Assembly (NCBI RefSeq): GCF_009914755.1
Contig: NC_060928.1
DNA: 64,000 bases
Direction: 5' to 3' (one strand)
Origin: the human T2T-CHM13v2.0 reference genome, Homo sapiens
Numbering within the stretch: position 1 is the first letter of the stretch; the number at the start of each line of letters is the position of its first letter. Both the position numbers and the translations under genes were made by a program. This document shows positions 17,101 to 30,265 of the stretch, one piece after another. The notes under the pieces are model-generated. The model was not told where the DNA came from. It was given only the letters and a program-made list of their open reading frames with translations, and did no database searches.

Positions 17101-17691
17101 TTATTCATTAGGAAAGTTTTCAGCATGGAGATTCAGAGGCCCACACACCCTAGTATTTGCTGGAAAGTGAGGTCAGTGGAAGTGAAAAAATTAGAGGATT
17201 AGAAGGAGGATACCACAAATAGTCTCATTTGCTAGGTTCACCACCAAATAGGTGTTTCTCAGGAGCCTCCTTAGAAGCTGGTACCAACTTCACATCTGTT
17301 CTCTGCCCACACACCATCTACCATTCACAGTTTATTCATCTGGAATGCAGACATCCTATTTTATTCATCTCTTACACACAACACCTAGTAGAATGCCTGA
17401 AACATAGAAAACATCTCATAAATGTTTATTGAGTAAACAGGGTCTTCTTCCATCCTCACAACTGATCAGATAATCCCAATGATACAAATTAGGAAGTTTC
17501 TGAAATTCATCAAAACTGCCTTAAGATAAAAAGTTATGCAATAGTTTTCAAAATTTTAATGACACGAGAGAATGCTAATAATAAAATATTATCTTTACAA
17601 ACACAAACACACACACACACACAAACATGCTGAGGTATTAGCAGTGATTATTTCTAAATCGGGGAATGAGGCTTTCCTGTATTCCTCACTA

Positions 17692-17805
17692 CCGAGGTGG
17701 GAGGATTGCTTGAGCCCAGAAGTTTGCAATTGCAGTGAGCTATAATAGCACCACTGCACTGCAGCCTATGTGACAGAGTGAGACTTTGTCTCTAAAAAAA
17801 AAAGA
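17692..17805 (+). mobile_element. FRAM / AluJ right-arm fragment
   Basis: GAGGTGGGAGGATTGCTTGAGCCCAG...GCAGTGAGCTATAATAGCACCACTGCACT plus A tail. Confidence 0.85.
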
Positions 17806-17814
17806 AATTTTGTT

Positions 17815-18540
17815 GCCATTCCAGTCAGTCCCCACGCCCTTTAGTCACTATTCAAATTTCTATCACCATAAACTAACTTTGCCTTCATATAATAGAATTA
17901 CACAGTTTGTACCCTTCCATGTCTGGCTTCTTAGCATAATATTTTTGAGATTCATCCATAATGCAGGCATCAGTAAGTTTGCTCCATTTTGTTAAGGAAT
18001 AGTTTTCCTTTGTATACACATACAACAGTTTGTTTAGTTATTGAAGTACTGACAGGCATTTTAATTGTGGCTAGCATAAGTAAAGCTGCTATAAACATTC
18101 TTTCAAAATCTTTGTGTGAAAATAACTTTTCATTTATTTAGGTAAATTACTAGGTGTAGAAATTTCTGGATCTTTAGGTAGATGGATGTTCAAATGCCAA
18201 ATAGTGTTCCAAATTGGTTGTAGTATTCTACAAACCTCCCCCAAACCTTCAGGACGATATGAGAATCCCACCTGCTACACATCGTCACCAATGTTGTTTT
18301 GTCAGCGTTTCTAATTTGAGCTCTTCTGGAGAATGTATGCTCTATTTAAGTTTATAATTTGTATTTCTCTGATGACTAATGATCTTAAGCAGTTTCTTTC
18401 AAATTTTTACTGGTCATTTATATATCTTCTCATTGAAGTGTATGTAAAAAAAATTGTCCATTTTTAAATTGAGGAATTAGTCTTGTTATTGATTTGTAAA
18501 AGTTTATTACATATTCTGAATGAAGTCCTTACAGATATAT
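17815..18540 (-). mobile_element. Old L1M (L1ME/MC-like) fragment
   Basis: TTAGCATAATATTTTTGAGATTCATCCAT...AAAGCTGCTATAAACATTC...ATTTCTCTGATGACTAATGAT. Confidence 0.8.
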
Positions 18541-19716
18541 TTACTATATATTAATGATATATTATATATTATCAAATATATACACATAAACATTTAAGAA
18601 GAGGTTAAAAAAGAAAAAGTAGATATAAAATAGTCTAAAAATGTTTAAAACTCTGAGTCATTGATCAGAGTTGACATATCAGCCTCTTTCAAAACTTACC
18701 AATAAGAAATTTAAAAAGACTTACATGTATTTAGCAACACCACTAGGCAAAATACTGTGAAGTTTGCTATATAAAGAAGATTGCATCTCGTTTCACAAGA
18801 ATGAGAACTTCCTAGGAACATGTGTTACGTGCTTATATTATCATTTGATTTAGCATTAAAACTGGCATATTGAAGATTGTCAAATACATTTGTGGAGAGA
18901 TGATTGAGATAATAAGTTAATTGGCTAATTGTATCATTTAATTATCATAAAATAGAATCAATCACTAAGCTTTGGGGAAAAATCCAAACCACTGCAAATA
19001 AAAGCAATGTGTATGTTATGTATTGATGATGTTTGGCTTCATCCAAGTGAGAAATGAGCACAGTATGAAAACAAGATAAATGGGATGGAGCACCCATCCA
19101 CAGTTCCTAGATGTCCATAAATCCCATTTAGCCTAAGGCTAAGAATCAAATAATGCACTAATGTTTCTGGACATAATCAATTTCTTTCTCATGTACCATG
19201 ATTCTTACTTTCTCCTGGATCAATCCTATCAGCATTCACACACGGTTTTTGTCTCCTTTCACTAACCCTCCTTTGACCTCATATACTCCTCAAGGCTTCT
19301 CAGAGGTGGAAAAAAAAAGGAAAAAAAATTTTGCAAAAGTTGTTGACACCTGCTGTCTGTGCTTCCCAGTCTCCAATTTATTTTTCCAGTCTTTCCTATC
19401 TGGTTTCTGCCAACCACATGCCATGGATATTACTCTTGTTAAGTCCGCAGAATGCAAAATCAATGAGCAGTTCTGTGTCCTAGCCTTACGTGGGCATCTC
19501 TGCAGCACTTATCAGGACTGGGTCAATATAACAAAGTGGTTTATGTGGGAGCAGGAAACCACACTGCACGGATTGGGATGTCAGCTCTGCTGCTTATTCA
19601 GACATCCTCCTCTGGCGGTCATATTATCTTTGTCATTCCTTGAAAGTTGATTTTTTTCTTCCCCACTTGGAGCCTTTGCATTCGTTCTTTTTGCTTAGAA
19701 TGTTCCTTTCCATTTT

Positions 19717-19822
19717 GTCTCAATGAGATGAGCCAGGTACCTCAGTTGGAAATGCAGAAATCACCCACCTTCTGCATTGATCTCACTAGGAGCTGCAGAC
19801 CACAGCTGTTCCTATGCGGCCA
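19717..19822 (-). mobile_element. Inverted extreme 5' end of an L1PA 5' UTR
   Basis: Reverse complement reads TGGCCGCATAGGAACAGCTGTGGTCTGCAGCTCCTAGTGAGATCAATGCAGAAGGTGGGTGATTTCTGCATTTCCAACTGAGGTACC. Confidence 0.9.
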
Positions 19823-19837
19823 AAAACATGAAAAAAG

Positions 19838-20895
19838 TAATAAAACTAAAGAGCTTCTGCACAGTAAAAGAAACTATCATCAGAGTGAACAGGCAACCTA
19901 CAGAATGGGAGAAAATTTCTTCAATCTATCCATCTGACAAAGGGCTAATATCCAGAATCTACAAAGAACTTAAACGAATCTACAAAGAACTTAAACAAAT
20001 TTACAAGGAAAAACAAACAACTCCATCAAAAAGTGGGCAAAGGATATGAACAGATACTTCTCAAAAGAAGACATTATGCAGCCAACAAACACATGAAAAA
20101 ATGCTCATCATCACTGGTCATTAGAGAAATATAAATCAAAACCACAATGAGATACCGTCTCATGCCAGATAGAATGGTGATCATTAAAAAGTCAGGAAAC
20201 AACATGTGCTGGAGAGGATATGAAGAAATATGAACACTTTTACACTGTTGGTGGGACTGTAAACTAGTTCAACCATTGTGGAAGACAGTGTGGCGATTCC
20301 TCAAGGATCTGGAACTAGAAATACCATTTGACCCAGCAATCCCATTACTGGATGTATACCCAAAGGATTATAAATCATTCTACTATAAAGACACATGCAC
20401 ATGTATGTTTATTGTAGCACTATTCACAATAGCAAAGACTTGGAACTAACCCAAATACCCATCAATGATAGGCTGGATAAAGAAAATGTGGCACATATAC
20501 ACCATGGAATACTATGAAGCCATAAAAAAGGATGAGTTCATGCCCTTTTTAGGGACATGGATGAAGCTGGAAACCATCATTCTCAGCAAACTAACACAAG
20601 AACAGAAAACCAAACACCACATATTCTCACCCAGAAGTGGGAGTTGAACAATGAGAACACATGGACACAGGGAGGGGAACATCACACACTGGGGCCTATC
20701 AGGGGAGGGAGGTGAGGGGGCTAAGGGAGGGATAGCATTCAGAGAAATACCTAATGTAGAAGATGGGTTGATGGGTGCAGCAAACCACCATGGCACATGT
20801 ATACCTACATAACAAACCTCCACATTCTGCACATGTACCCCAGAACTTAAAGTAAAAGAAAAAAAAAACCCACAACCCCCACCAAAAAAAAAAAG
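19838..20895 (+). mobile_element. L1PA7/8-like 3' segment, copy 1
   Basis: End of ORF2 plus 3' UTR (GAAATACCTAATGTAGA...GGGTTGATGGGTGCAGCAAACC) and A-rich tail. Confidence 0.92.
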
Positions 20896-21667
20896 AAAAG
20901 CTCATCATCACTGGTCATTAGAGAAATGCAAAGCAAAACCGCAATGAGATACCATCTCATGCCAGTTAGAATGGTGATCATTAAAAAGTCAGGAAACAAC
21001 AGATGCTGGAGAGGATGTGGAGAAATAGGAACACTTTTACACTCTTGGTGGGACTGTAAATTAGTTCGACTATTGTGGAAGACAGCATAGCGATTCCTCA
21101 AGGATCTAGAAGCAGAATTACCATTTGACCCTGAAATCCCATTAATGGGTATATAACCAAAGAATTATAAATCATTCTACTATAAAGACACATGCACACG
21201 TATGTTTATTGCAGCACTATTCACAATAGCAAAGACTTGGAACCAATCCAAATGCCTATCAATGATAGACTGGATAAAGAAAATGTGGCGCATATACACC
21301 ATGGAATACTATGCAGCCATAAAAAGGATGAGTTCATGTCCGTCGCAGGACATGGATGAAGCTGGAAACCATCATTCTCAGCAAACTAGCCCAGGAACAG
21401 AAACCAAACACCGCATGTTCTCACTCATAAGTGGGAGTTGAACAATGAGAGCATATGGACACAGAGAGGGGAACATCACACACTGGGGCCTGTCGGCGGG
21501 TGGGGAGCTAGGGAAGGCATAGTGTTAGGAGAAATACCTAATGTAGATGATGGGTTGATGGTTGCAGCAAACCACCACAGCACCTGTATACCTATGTAAC
21601 AAACCTGCATGTTCTGCACATGTACCCCAGAACTTAAAGTAAAATAATAATTTTACTTTAAGTATAA
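20896..21667 (+). mobile_element. L1PA7/8-like 3' segment, copy 2 (tandem)
   Basis: Restarts at AAAAGCTCATCATCACTGGTCATTAGAG (cf. ~20097) and runs through a second 3' UTR. Confidence 0.92.
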
Positions 21668-22559
21668 AGAAAGCTCCTTTCCCAGGCCCTCCCTATCCTT
21701 CATTTCTCTGCTCACGTTAATCCCCTTCAGAGAGGGCTTCCCTGTCCTCCCTTGTACATTAATGTTATTTCCCCCATAATTTCCATATCTGTCTCTGAAG
21801 CAAGGCCCATGGGAATAACGGCTTGGCCACACTCTGACTCCATGACCCAGGCCAAGTGTAGAACTTCTTCACACTGCACTTTTCTCTTGTTTTCATTACC
21901 ATGACGCCCACCGCAACAGACTGCTGTAAGCACCCAGTGAGTTAATGCAGGTAAACTGCTTGCTACAGTGCTTGCCACATAATCAGCTATTGTTATAAGA
22001 AAAGTCCACACTCGCTTTTCCCTTCCCAGGTATGACTGAAAAATCTGCTATGGTTAAAATTGCCTACTTGTCTCTTCTAGAGAAAGATCTCCAATAACTG
22101 GAACAGATTGCCATACCTGTTGGGAAAATAAACTTATTCTTTTTAGAGATGGTCATTCTAGAGAAAGAAAAAGGGTAAATAGGTCTCAAAACAAAATAGA
22201 AATGAGCCTTCCCCATGCCTTTTAATAGAAGTGTTATTTAACTTTTATGGGTGTGTCATAGAGAAGACACTACTTTCTGCATGGCGAACTTACAAACAAA
22301 ATAAAATAAACAAATAAGGGAGGCAGCGGGCCATTTGATGAACCTCCTCAGAAGACTCACAGTAACTGGAGAATCAAAATTAACCAGCTGTGCCTATTCA
22401 CTTTTAATTTCTATCTGGGTTGAAGTTTAATTTCTGCCTGAACACATGCTATCTTTTTTATTATGAATTTTTCCCTGAAGAAACATGTGTCCTAGTCTTC
22501 TGTCTCCTGCATTTTCTCATAGAACTTGTGATCCCAGCATATGAAGAGGTGTGTGCAAG

Positions 22560-22786
22560 GCAGTGTGGCATTATGGCTAAGCATAAAGCTGTTATCAGAC
22601 CATTCTAGACAATCATTTGAACAATGCCTGACTCAGAGAGATTTTCCTAATGTGTTAAGCCTCATTTTGAAACTGAGGAAAGTATTGTCACCCATCCCAT
22701 AGAGTTGTGGAAAAGTTTAAATTAGATGATTCATGTAAAGCCCTTGAAGCTTACCTGGTCTGGAATAAGCAATGGTTCAATATTTG
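22560..22786 (+). mobile_element. MIR
   Basis: GCAGTGTGGCATTATGGCTAAGCA...TTAGATGATTCATGTAAAGCCCTTG. Confidence 0.65.
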
Positions 22787-24522
22787 ATTGCTTTCCTCTG
22801 CCCCCATATCATTAGGATGAGTCTGACTATGATGTTTACCACTACTAGAAGGAGCATCCAGGAGGGCTCTCTCCTCTCCAGTCTTGTCACTTAGCGTTCC
22901 AGTTTCTGACTCTTCCTGAAACTTGGATGACCATACTTCATGGAAGACATCCAGGGAGAGACTGGGCTGCCCTTGTTGGGGAGGTGGAAGAATAGAGAGT
23001 GAACCATGTACATATGTTTGAAGGTCTCTTCCACCTTTGCGACTCAAAGACAACAAAAATCTGAACAATGGTGATTAATATATCAGCTGTTTAAAAATCT
23101 ACTTCATGTCTTGATTTCTTCCTCCTTGCAAATTTCGAACTACTCCTAACTAACCAAATGACTCTACGTTGGTTGGGAAGAGCTTGGTGTCTTCCCATCA
23201 TAGAAGGGACATGTGAAGTCAGATTACATCAGCTCTAAAACTCATTAGAGCACCAAGAAACCATGATCCTTCTTCCCTTGCTACAAACAAACAAAGAAAC
23301 AAAAGAACAAGACAATGTGCTCGTGTATTTTTTTAGTCCTCTAACTAAACTCTTAAACTGTGGTTAATCACACTCTGTTTTTTGTTTTTTTTTTTTATCC
23401 ATCATTCTCTGATTATTCCCTTCATGAAAGAGTCCCTCCCTGGTCCCCTCCTCTCAAGAATGAAGGGAGTGAGTCCTCCCTGCAGCCTATCACTCTGCCC
23501 ATTGAATGCATGAAGTCCCAGGGTCTTTGGTTGATAACTGTCACTTGCAGACCAAGCTGAAGCAAGAGTCTAACCCTATATTACAAGTGAAGACCCTTGT
23601 CAGGGATGAGTTCTCTAGGCAGAGCCTTGTTTGAAAAAGAGAAATATCCCTCTTCAACTGATTGAACTCTTTCCTGATTAATACTGGATAAATATGGAGA
23701 CTATTACTTAGATACCACATGCTGGGAAGCAAATGTGATAATTATATCTGTCAATCTGCAGAACCTCATGCCCACCCCCAAGCCCAGTCTCAACTCCAGT
23801 GAAATGCTACCATTTCAATCTCATCTGCGAGAGAGGCAAATGGAGGGAGGACAATGACTTTGGAGAAAGCTGAGAGCACCCCAGCTGTCAAAGCGTGTGT
23901 GGGAGGCAGTGGATGGTTTGGGTGTCATCACATTAGCAATCTCTTGAATGAAGGGAAAAATGAAAAGGAAGTCTGGCTGCTTTGCGCCTTGAAAAGGAGC
24001 GGCAGTTGAAAGCATTAAAATTAGATGCCATTTTGCTGAAGATCATGATTATTTAAAATGTCAGTTGTTTTCCCTAAAACTATCATTTATGATGGAACAC
24101 AGTGAAGGATATCAACATAACCAGGGACTGAGTCTTTTCTACATGTCACAGAGTGATGAAAAAATGCACTATTTCAGATGGTACTGAGGGCTCACAATAG
24201 TGGCGGGTGTGTGTTCGGATGTGAACATGTACGCATTTCCAATGCTGCTCTGAATTCCCCTCTCCTTATTAGGAGAGCTGGCCTTCAGCCCACCACACAG
24301 GCTGGAGAAGACAGGGGGAGACTTTCCATGGGTAGAGAGGAAGGAGAGATTCAGCAAGACACAGTGTAACACCAAAAGACACGGTCCCAAAGGGATACCA
24401 GGAGCCCATGTATAAAGGTGATGATGTTGATGGTAATAATAATAGCTAACATTTACATACTGTTGACTGTAGTTCTAATTTCATTTATGTGAATCCATTG
24501 CATGCTTATAATAGCCTCATGA

Positions 24523-24832
<310 letters not shown>

Positions 24833-25544
24833 CAGAAAACATTTTTAATCCCCTGTTTACAGATGAGCATCTAAAGATCAGGGAGATAACTAGCCCAAGG
24901 TCAAGTGATGGTGGGGACTGGCTCTGGGAGTTGGCTCCAGAGTTTATACCCTTATCTTCCTAGTTGGATGCTTTTCAGAGTAATGGTCTGGATAAGCACA
25001 AGGATTTGTGTGAAATAGCAGTTGGCTCATAAACAGGGAACGGTCAGGGCAATTACCACAGAAATACCCAGGTGTAATGAGGGGTGCAGCGTGGGGCTGC
25101 AGCATGGAAAAGGGCAGGTGGGCTCTAACAACATGAAACCCAGCAGGCAACTGGGCCAAACTGCATGTGGCCCTGAGGAGCCAGCTAGAGTATGCCTAGC
25201 ATGTGCACATAGCACAAAGTCCTAGGATGCATCTGTTCATCAAGAATATCTTGTTCATTTTTATTTATTCAACACTGTCATTTCCTTCCAACCACAGGAC
25301 CTTTGCACATTCTGCAGTCTCCTCCTGGAATGCTTTTACCAGAGGATCTTTCCCTGACCATCCAAAATACTAGTTGAGCAGGCCTTTTCCCCTTCTTAGC
25401 GCTCAATAACATGTAAAAGTAATTTATATCTAGTCATTGTCTTTTTTGTCTCTTCCAATAAAATTCAAGCTTCTAGAAAACATGTGCTATATCTATTTTT
25501 TTAATATCAATTATCCAAATTCTAGCACAAATAGAATTACTAGT

Positions 25545-25765
25545 AATAATAGTTGTGAATACTTCTTTACTGCAGCATACTCTGTTCTAAACGTTTATAT
25601 ATATTATGTTTGAAATCCCCACAATAGTTCTATAAGAGAGGTATTTTATGATTTCTCTTTACAGCTGGGAAAACTAAGTCATGAAATTTTTAAGTCCTAT
25701 TGATATAAGTAGTACAGCCAAAATCTGAATACAAGCATTTAGGCCCCAGTGTCTACTCGTTTAAT
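25545..25765 (-). mobile_element. MIR
   Basis: AATCCCCACAATAGTTCTATAAGAGAGGTA...TTTACAGCTGGGAAAACTAAG. Confidence 0.6.
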
Positions 25766-26068
25766 TTCATTTAAGTAAACTGTCCTTTCTATAAATCCTC
25801 AGGTAAAATTTATTAAATGGAGACATGAAGGAATGAATTAATGTCTTCATAATGGGCCAAAATAATGTCATGTGAGGTTCAGTGCCTATGGCAGAACCCA
25901 ACCTGGGAGAAAAACTCTGAAGAATTCTAAGTGCAGTGACAGTCCATAGAGAAAGGAAACTGACTCTACTCCTTAGGTAGGACTTGGCCTTCGGAGAGTC
26001 TGAGGTAAATCTAAACATAAACCAGACAGAAGTCTCAAGGACCACTCTTCAGACAGATCATAGGGTGA

Positions 26069-26423
<355 letters not shown>

Positions 26424-26559
26424 TTCAGCATCAATTATTAAGGAACAAATGGAGACCCCTCACATGACTAATACCTGAGTGTGAATATTTTCATCAAATT
26501 AAGCAGAGCTGTGATCATTTTGATTAATTCATCCACCCATCAGTCACTGAGAAACCCAT

Positions 26560-27230
26560 CTGTATCAAGCCCTCTGTGAAGCAGACAAGAAGACAGGACT
26601 AGATGTATAAAATATTTATTGGGGAAATAAATCTCTTCACAGGAACACCTGTAAAGCAGAAAGGGGAGGGTGAGCAGGAATAAGTTGGAAGAGGATTCAG
26701 ACTATGATGTAGGGTCTTCACCTTTGAAAAGGAAGGGGAATATCACACTCTGGGGACTGTGGTGGGGTGGGGGAGGGGGGGAGGGTTAGCATTGGGAGAT
26801 ATACCTAATGCTAGATGACGAGTTAGTGGGTGCAGCACACCAGCATGGCACATGTATACATATGTAACTAACCTGCACAATGTGCACATGTACCCTAGAA
26901 CTTAAAGTATAATAAAAAAAAAAAAAGAAAGGAGGAAGAAAGAAAATGGGGTACGAAGAGGCTTGGACCACAGAGCAACTCTGAGAAAGTCTCAACCAGG
27001 TCTATGGGGAGTCCATGAGCAGGAGTTGCCCATTAGAGGAGTCCCGATGATAGTAGCCCCACTATGCTCCAATAGTCACTGGGAACAGCCTAGGTAAGTG
27101 AACATGGCCTCAGGTGACTGCTGCAGTGGGTTTGAAGATAAGGTTCGGCAGCTGGAGGCTGTCAATCCATTGTGCTTTTGGTAGCAGGTCCTCTTGCGGG
27201 GAGCTCTGAGTGACACAACTCCATGGCCTC
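26560..27230 (-). mobile_element. LTR16-family ERVL LTR interrupted by L1PA2
   Basis: GCAGACAAGAAGACAGGACTAGATG...TTTATTGGGGAA and CTCTGAGAAAGTCTC...TTGCCCATTAGAGGAGTCCCG...GCAGCTGGAGGCTGTCA. Confidence 0.8.
26730..26926 (+). mobile_element. Young 5'-truncated L1 3' end, L1PA2-like
   Basis: Near-consensus 3' UTR with GAG (26820-26822) at the Ta ACA diagnostic site, G-rich tract and A tail. Confidence 0.9.
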
Positions 27231-28479
27231 TTAACTGCGTTCTTTAATGCTTCATTCATGTGCCACCCCCTCTTCAAAGCTCTCCCTATTCACCCAACCT
27301 GGCAATAAACTCTTCCTCTAAAACTTTTGGCACTTTCATCTTGTGTTTTGCCTTTTCATGTATCATATTAAATTTTAGTTTAATTGTGTATGAGAAAGTT
27401 CATGATGGGGCTGGGGCACTCTGACCTGCATGCTTATATTGGCTATTCTCAAATTTCGGAACTCACAATGACCTCTGGACACCCATGGCCTTTGCAAAGA
27501 AAATGCAATGAGAACTTTGACAAAGAGATCATTGAAATGCTTTTGGTGCCATCCTAACGAATACTGCTCTTGGTATCCTGAGTAGGCATACTGAGTAAAG
27601 GCAAAACATATGACCCTCCGTGTACGGTGTTCAGGATTGGTTGGGAAGGATATTTTTAAGTGGCACATAGTGTGTGGCCACTTGCTGTCCCTTGAGGAAC
27701 TTGTTCTTAATCCTTGGCAGACAGGATATCACACTGGAAGGACCAGCTTATCTTTGTGTTCTATAATGAAACAGCTACTTATCAACCAGACCCTCAAAAG
27801 CTGACCAAAAGAGCCCACAAAGCTTAAGCCTTTCCTGCCTCAAATCTGGATGGATTAAGAACTACCTATATGTATCCTGCTGGATAAAAGTAGAAAAAGC
27901 TAGGTGGGAGGCTGAAGGAGTCCTCAGGGATGGGAAAGTCATATGTACTAGCTGGTATTAATCCATAGGCTTCAAGTTCAGCTTTAGGTAGAAAATTTCT
28001 CCTTCTAGTCACTGGTTCCCTGCTCAAATATCATGCTCCTGAGAATAAATACCTTTCCTCTCTGCTCTCTTCAGTGATGTGTGCTGTGCTTTCAAATACC
28101 AGCTCTGCTGATTTCTCAGTTGTCTCTCATCAGAGAATACAGTGTTGCCTCTGATCAGCTAAAGCATTAGGCTTGCTACCCCCAAAAGACCTTACAGGAA
28201 CCATCAACTTATCTTTCTTTATTTCTGAAGGAAATTTCATACCCTCATTCCCTATCACCAGCATATAGCCTCTGACTCTTCCACCCATTTATGGACCTCT
28301 GCTCTTTTGGATCATGACTGGCATGAGATGCTTCTTGTGTACCATGTCTATTCCATGGAAGCACTGCTGTCTTTTTACAACAGCCAGTTATAGGGGAAAA
28401 TTGAATTTTAGGGTGGAAAAGCCTGGTCATAGGATGCTATAATTAACTCTAGAATTGACCACCTTTCCTGTTATGTATT

Positions 28480-28695
28480 TTCGTATTATCATGCCCAGTC
28501 CTTGTAATGCAGTTGTCACAATTTTAATTATTGTTGTAATTACGGAGTAACGCTTCCCTCCACTTTAGTGGCTTCCTAAGATCTTGCTGTCTTGTTCATT
28601 GCTGTATTCCCAGCTACTGGCGTAGGCCATGGCACATAAAAATAAGCCATTAATATTTGTTCAATAAATGGATGAATAAGTTAATGAATGAATGT
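28480..28695 (+). mobile_element. L2 3' end
   Basis: CTTGTTCATTGCTGTATTCCCAG...AATATTTGTTCAATAAATGGATGAAT. Confidence 0.7.
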
Positions 28696-28933
28696 CAAAG
28701 GATCTACTGAGTAAGGATAAACTCACGCTTTGTAATTAGAAATCTCTACTTCTATATAGGTTTTAGTACCAACTTATATACAAATTCTGGAGACTGTTCA
28801 GTGTGTCCTGGTAGCCTCTGAGTTCTCCTCTCTAAAAAAGCTTTTGAAATCATCTAGCTATGGCATTTATCACCCCAATAGAGGCTAGGGTTTACTTAGT
28901 CTATTGAACCAATTTGTTTTGTGTAAGAGTCTG

Positions 28934-28977
28934 GTGTGTGTGTGTGTGTGTGCATGTGTGTGTGTGTGCGTGTGTGT
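28934..28977. repeat. Interrupted (TG)n microsatellite
   Basis: Direct inspection. Confidence 0.95.
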
Positions 28978-29424
28978 CCCTTTCTCATATTTTACAAGTT
29001 TGGAAGCAGTTTACAGAAAATGACCTCTAAGTCAGCTAAAATTATGTTTGTATTAGAACTTAGGCTTGCCATGTTTCTGGCTTTGTTCAGGTTTGTTTCT
29101 ATCCTAGATCATGTTGAATTTGTCCCACACTATAGGTGTGAAAACAACTACTTCTTGTTTTAGAAAGCTATTAGGATAAACATATGTGTTTGCTCAAAAT
29201 ATACGTTTTAAATACTAAGCCTCTATCAGTTAATTTCTTCTTTAAAAAAGCTTTACTTCCTTCTAACATGCTGGTTGTTGATCTATCTGTTAATGAAAAT
29301 GAAGATAGTGCTACTGCTCACTGCTGTGCTGGTCAGAGAGTTGTGCCTGAGTTCTCTATATAATTAATTGTTTAGCCTTTGTTATGGCATCAGAAGTATT
29401 TTAGCTAGCTCCTCAAGTTTTATA

Positions 29425-30265
29425 AATTTTTTTATTCTGAAATAATTTTAGATGAACATAGAAGTTGCAAGAATAGTGCAGAAAGTTCCCATGTCCACTT
29501 CATTTGGTTTTCTCCAATGATAGCATCTTTCATTGCCATGGAAACCATTGGCACTATACCAATAACAAAACTACAGATCATATTCAGAATTCACCAGTTT
29601 TCACGTAAACTCATTTGTACGTGTGTATAGTTCTGACATTTTACTGCCTGTATGGATTCATGTAACTGCTAGCACAATGAATACTACCTCTTGATAGTTA
29701 CATATTCCTCCAACACTTGAAAACCTCCCAATCTGTTCTCCATCTCTATAATTTTGTCATTTTGAGAATGTTGTCATATAATATGCAACCTTTAGAGATT
29801 GGTATTTTATTTCTGAGTTTACTGCCCTTGAGAATAGTCCAAGCTGTTTTATATATCAGTAATTCTTTTCCTTTTCACTGCTTACTAGTATTCCATTGTA
29901 TGAATGTATGTGTTTGTTCAGCCATTCATCCCTTGAAGGGCATTTAGGTTTTTCCAAGTTTGAGGCTAGCACAAATGAAGCTGCGGTTTTTAATTTTTAT
30001 GAATGAAGCTGGACATTTGTGACAATATTTACGTGCAAAATGTTTTCATTTCTGTATTGTTAATCCCGGGAGTTGAGTTGGTAGCTCATATAAAATGCAT
30101 TTTTTAACTTTATAAAACACTGCCAAACTTTGTTCCAGGATAGCGATACCATTTTGCATTCTCAACAGCAAAGTCTGAAAGATCCAGTAGCTCTGCATCT
30201 TTAATAGCACCTGGTATGGTCAGTATACACATTTTTAATTTTAACTATTTTAGCAGGAATGTACC
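29425..30265 (-). mobile_element. L1MC/MD-like 3' fragment
   Basis: TTTTATTCTGAAATAATTTTAGATGAACATAGAAGTTGCAAGAATAG...CATCTCTATAATTTTGTCATTTTGAGAATG. Confidence 0.8.

Noticed and set aside
19198-19650. 150-aa ORF
   Set aside because: Overlaps L2/MIR-like decayed sequence; no recognisable domain.
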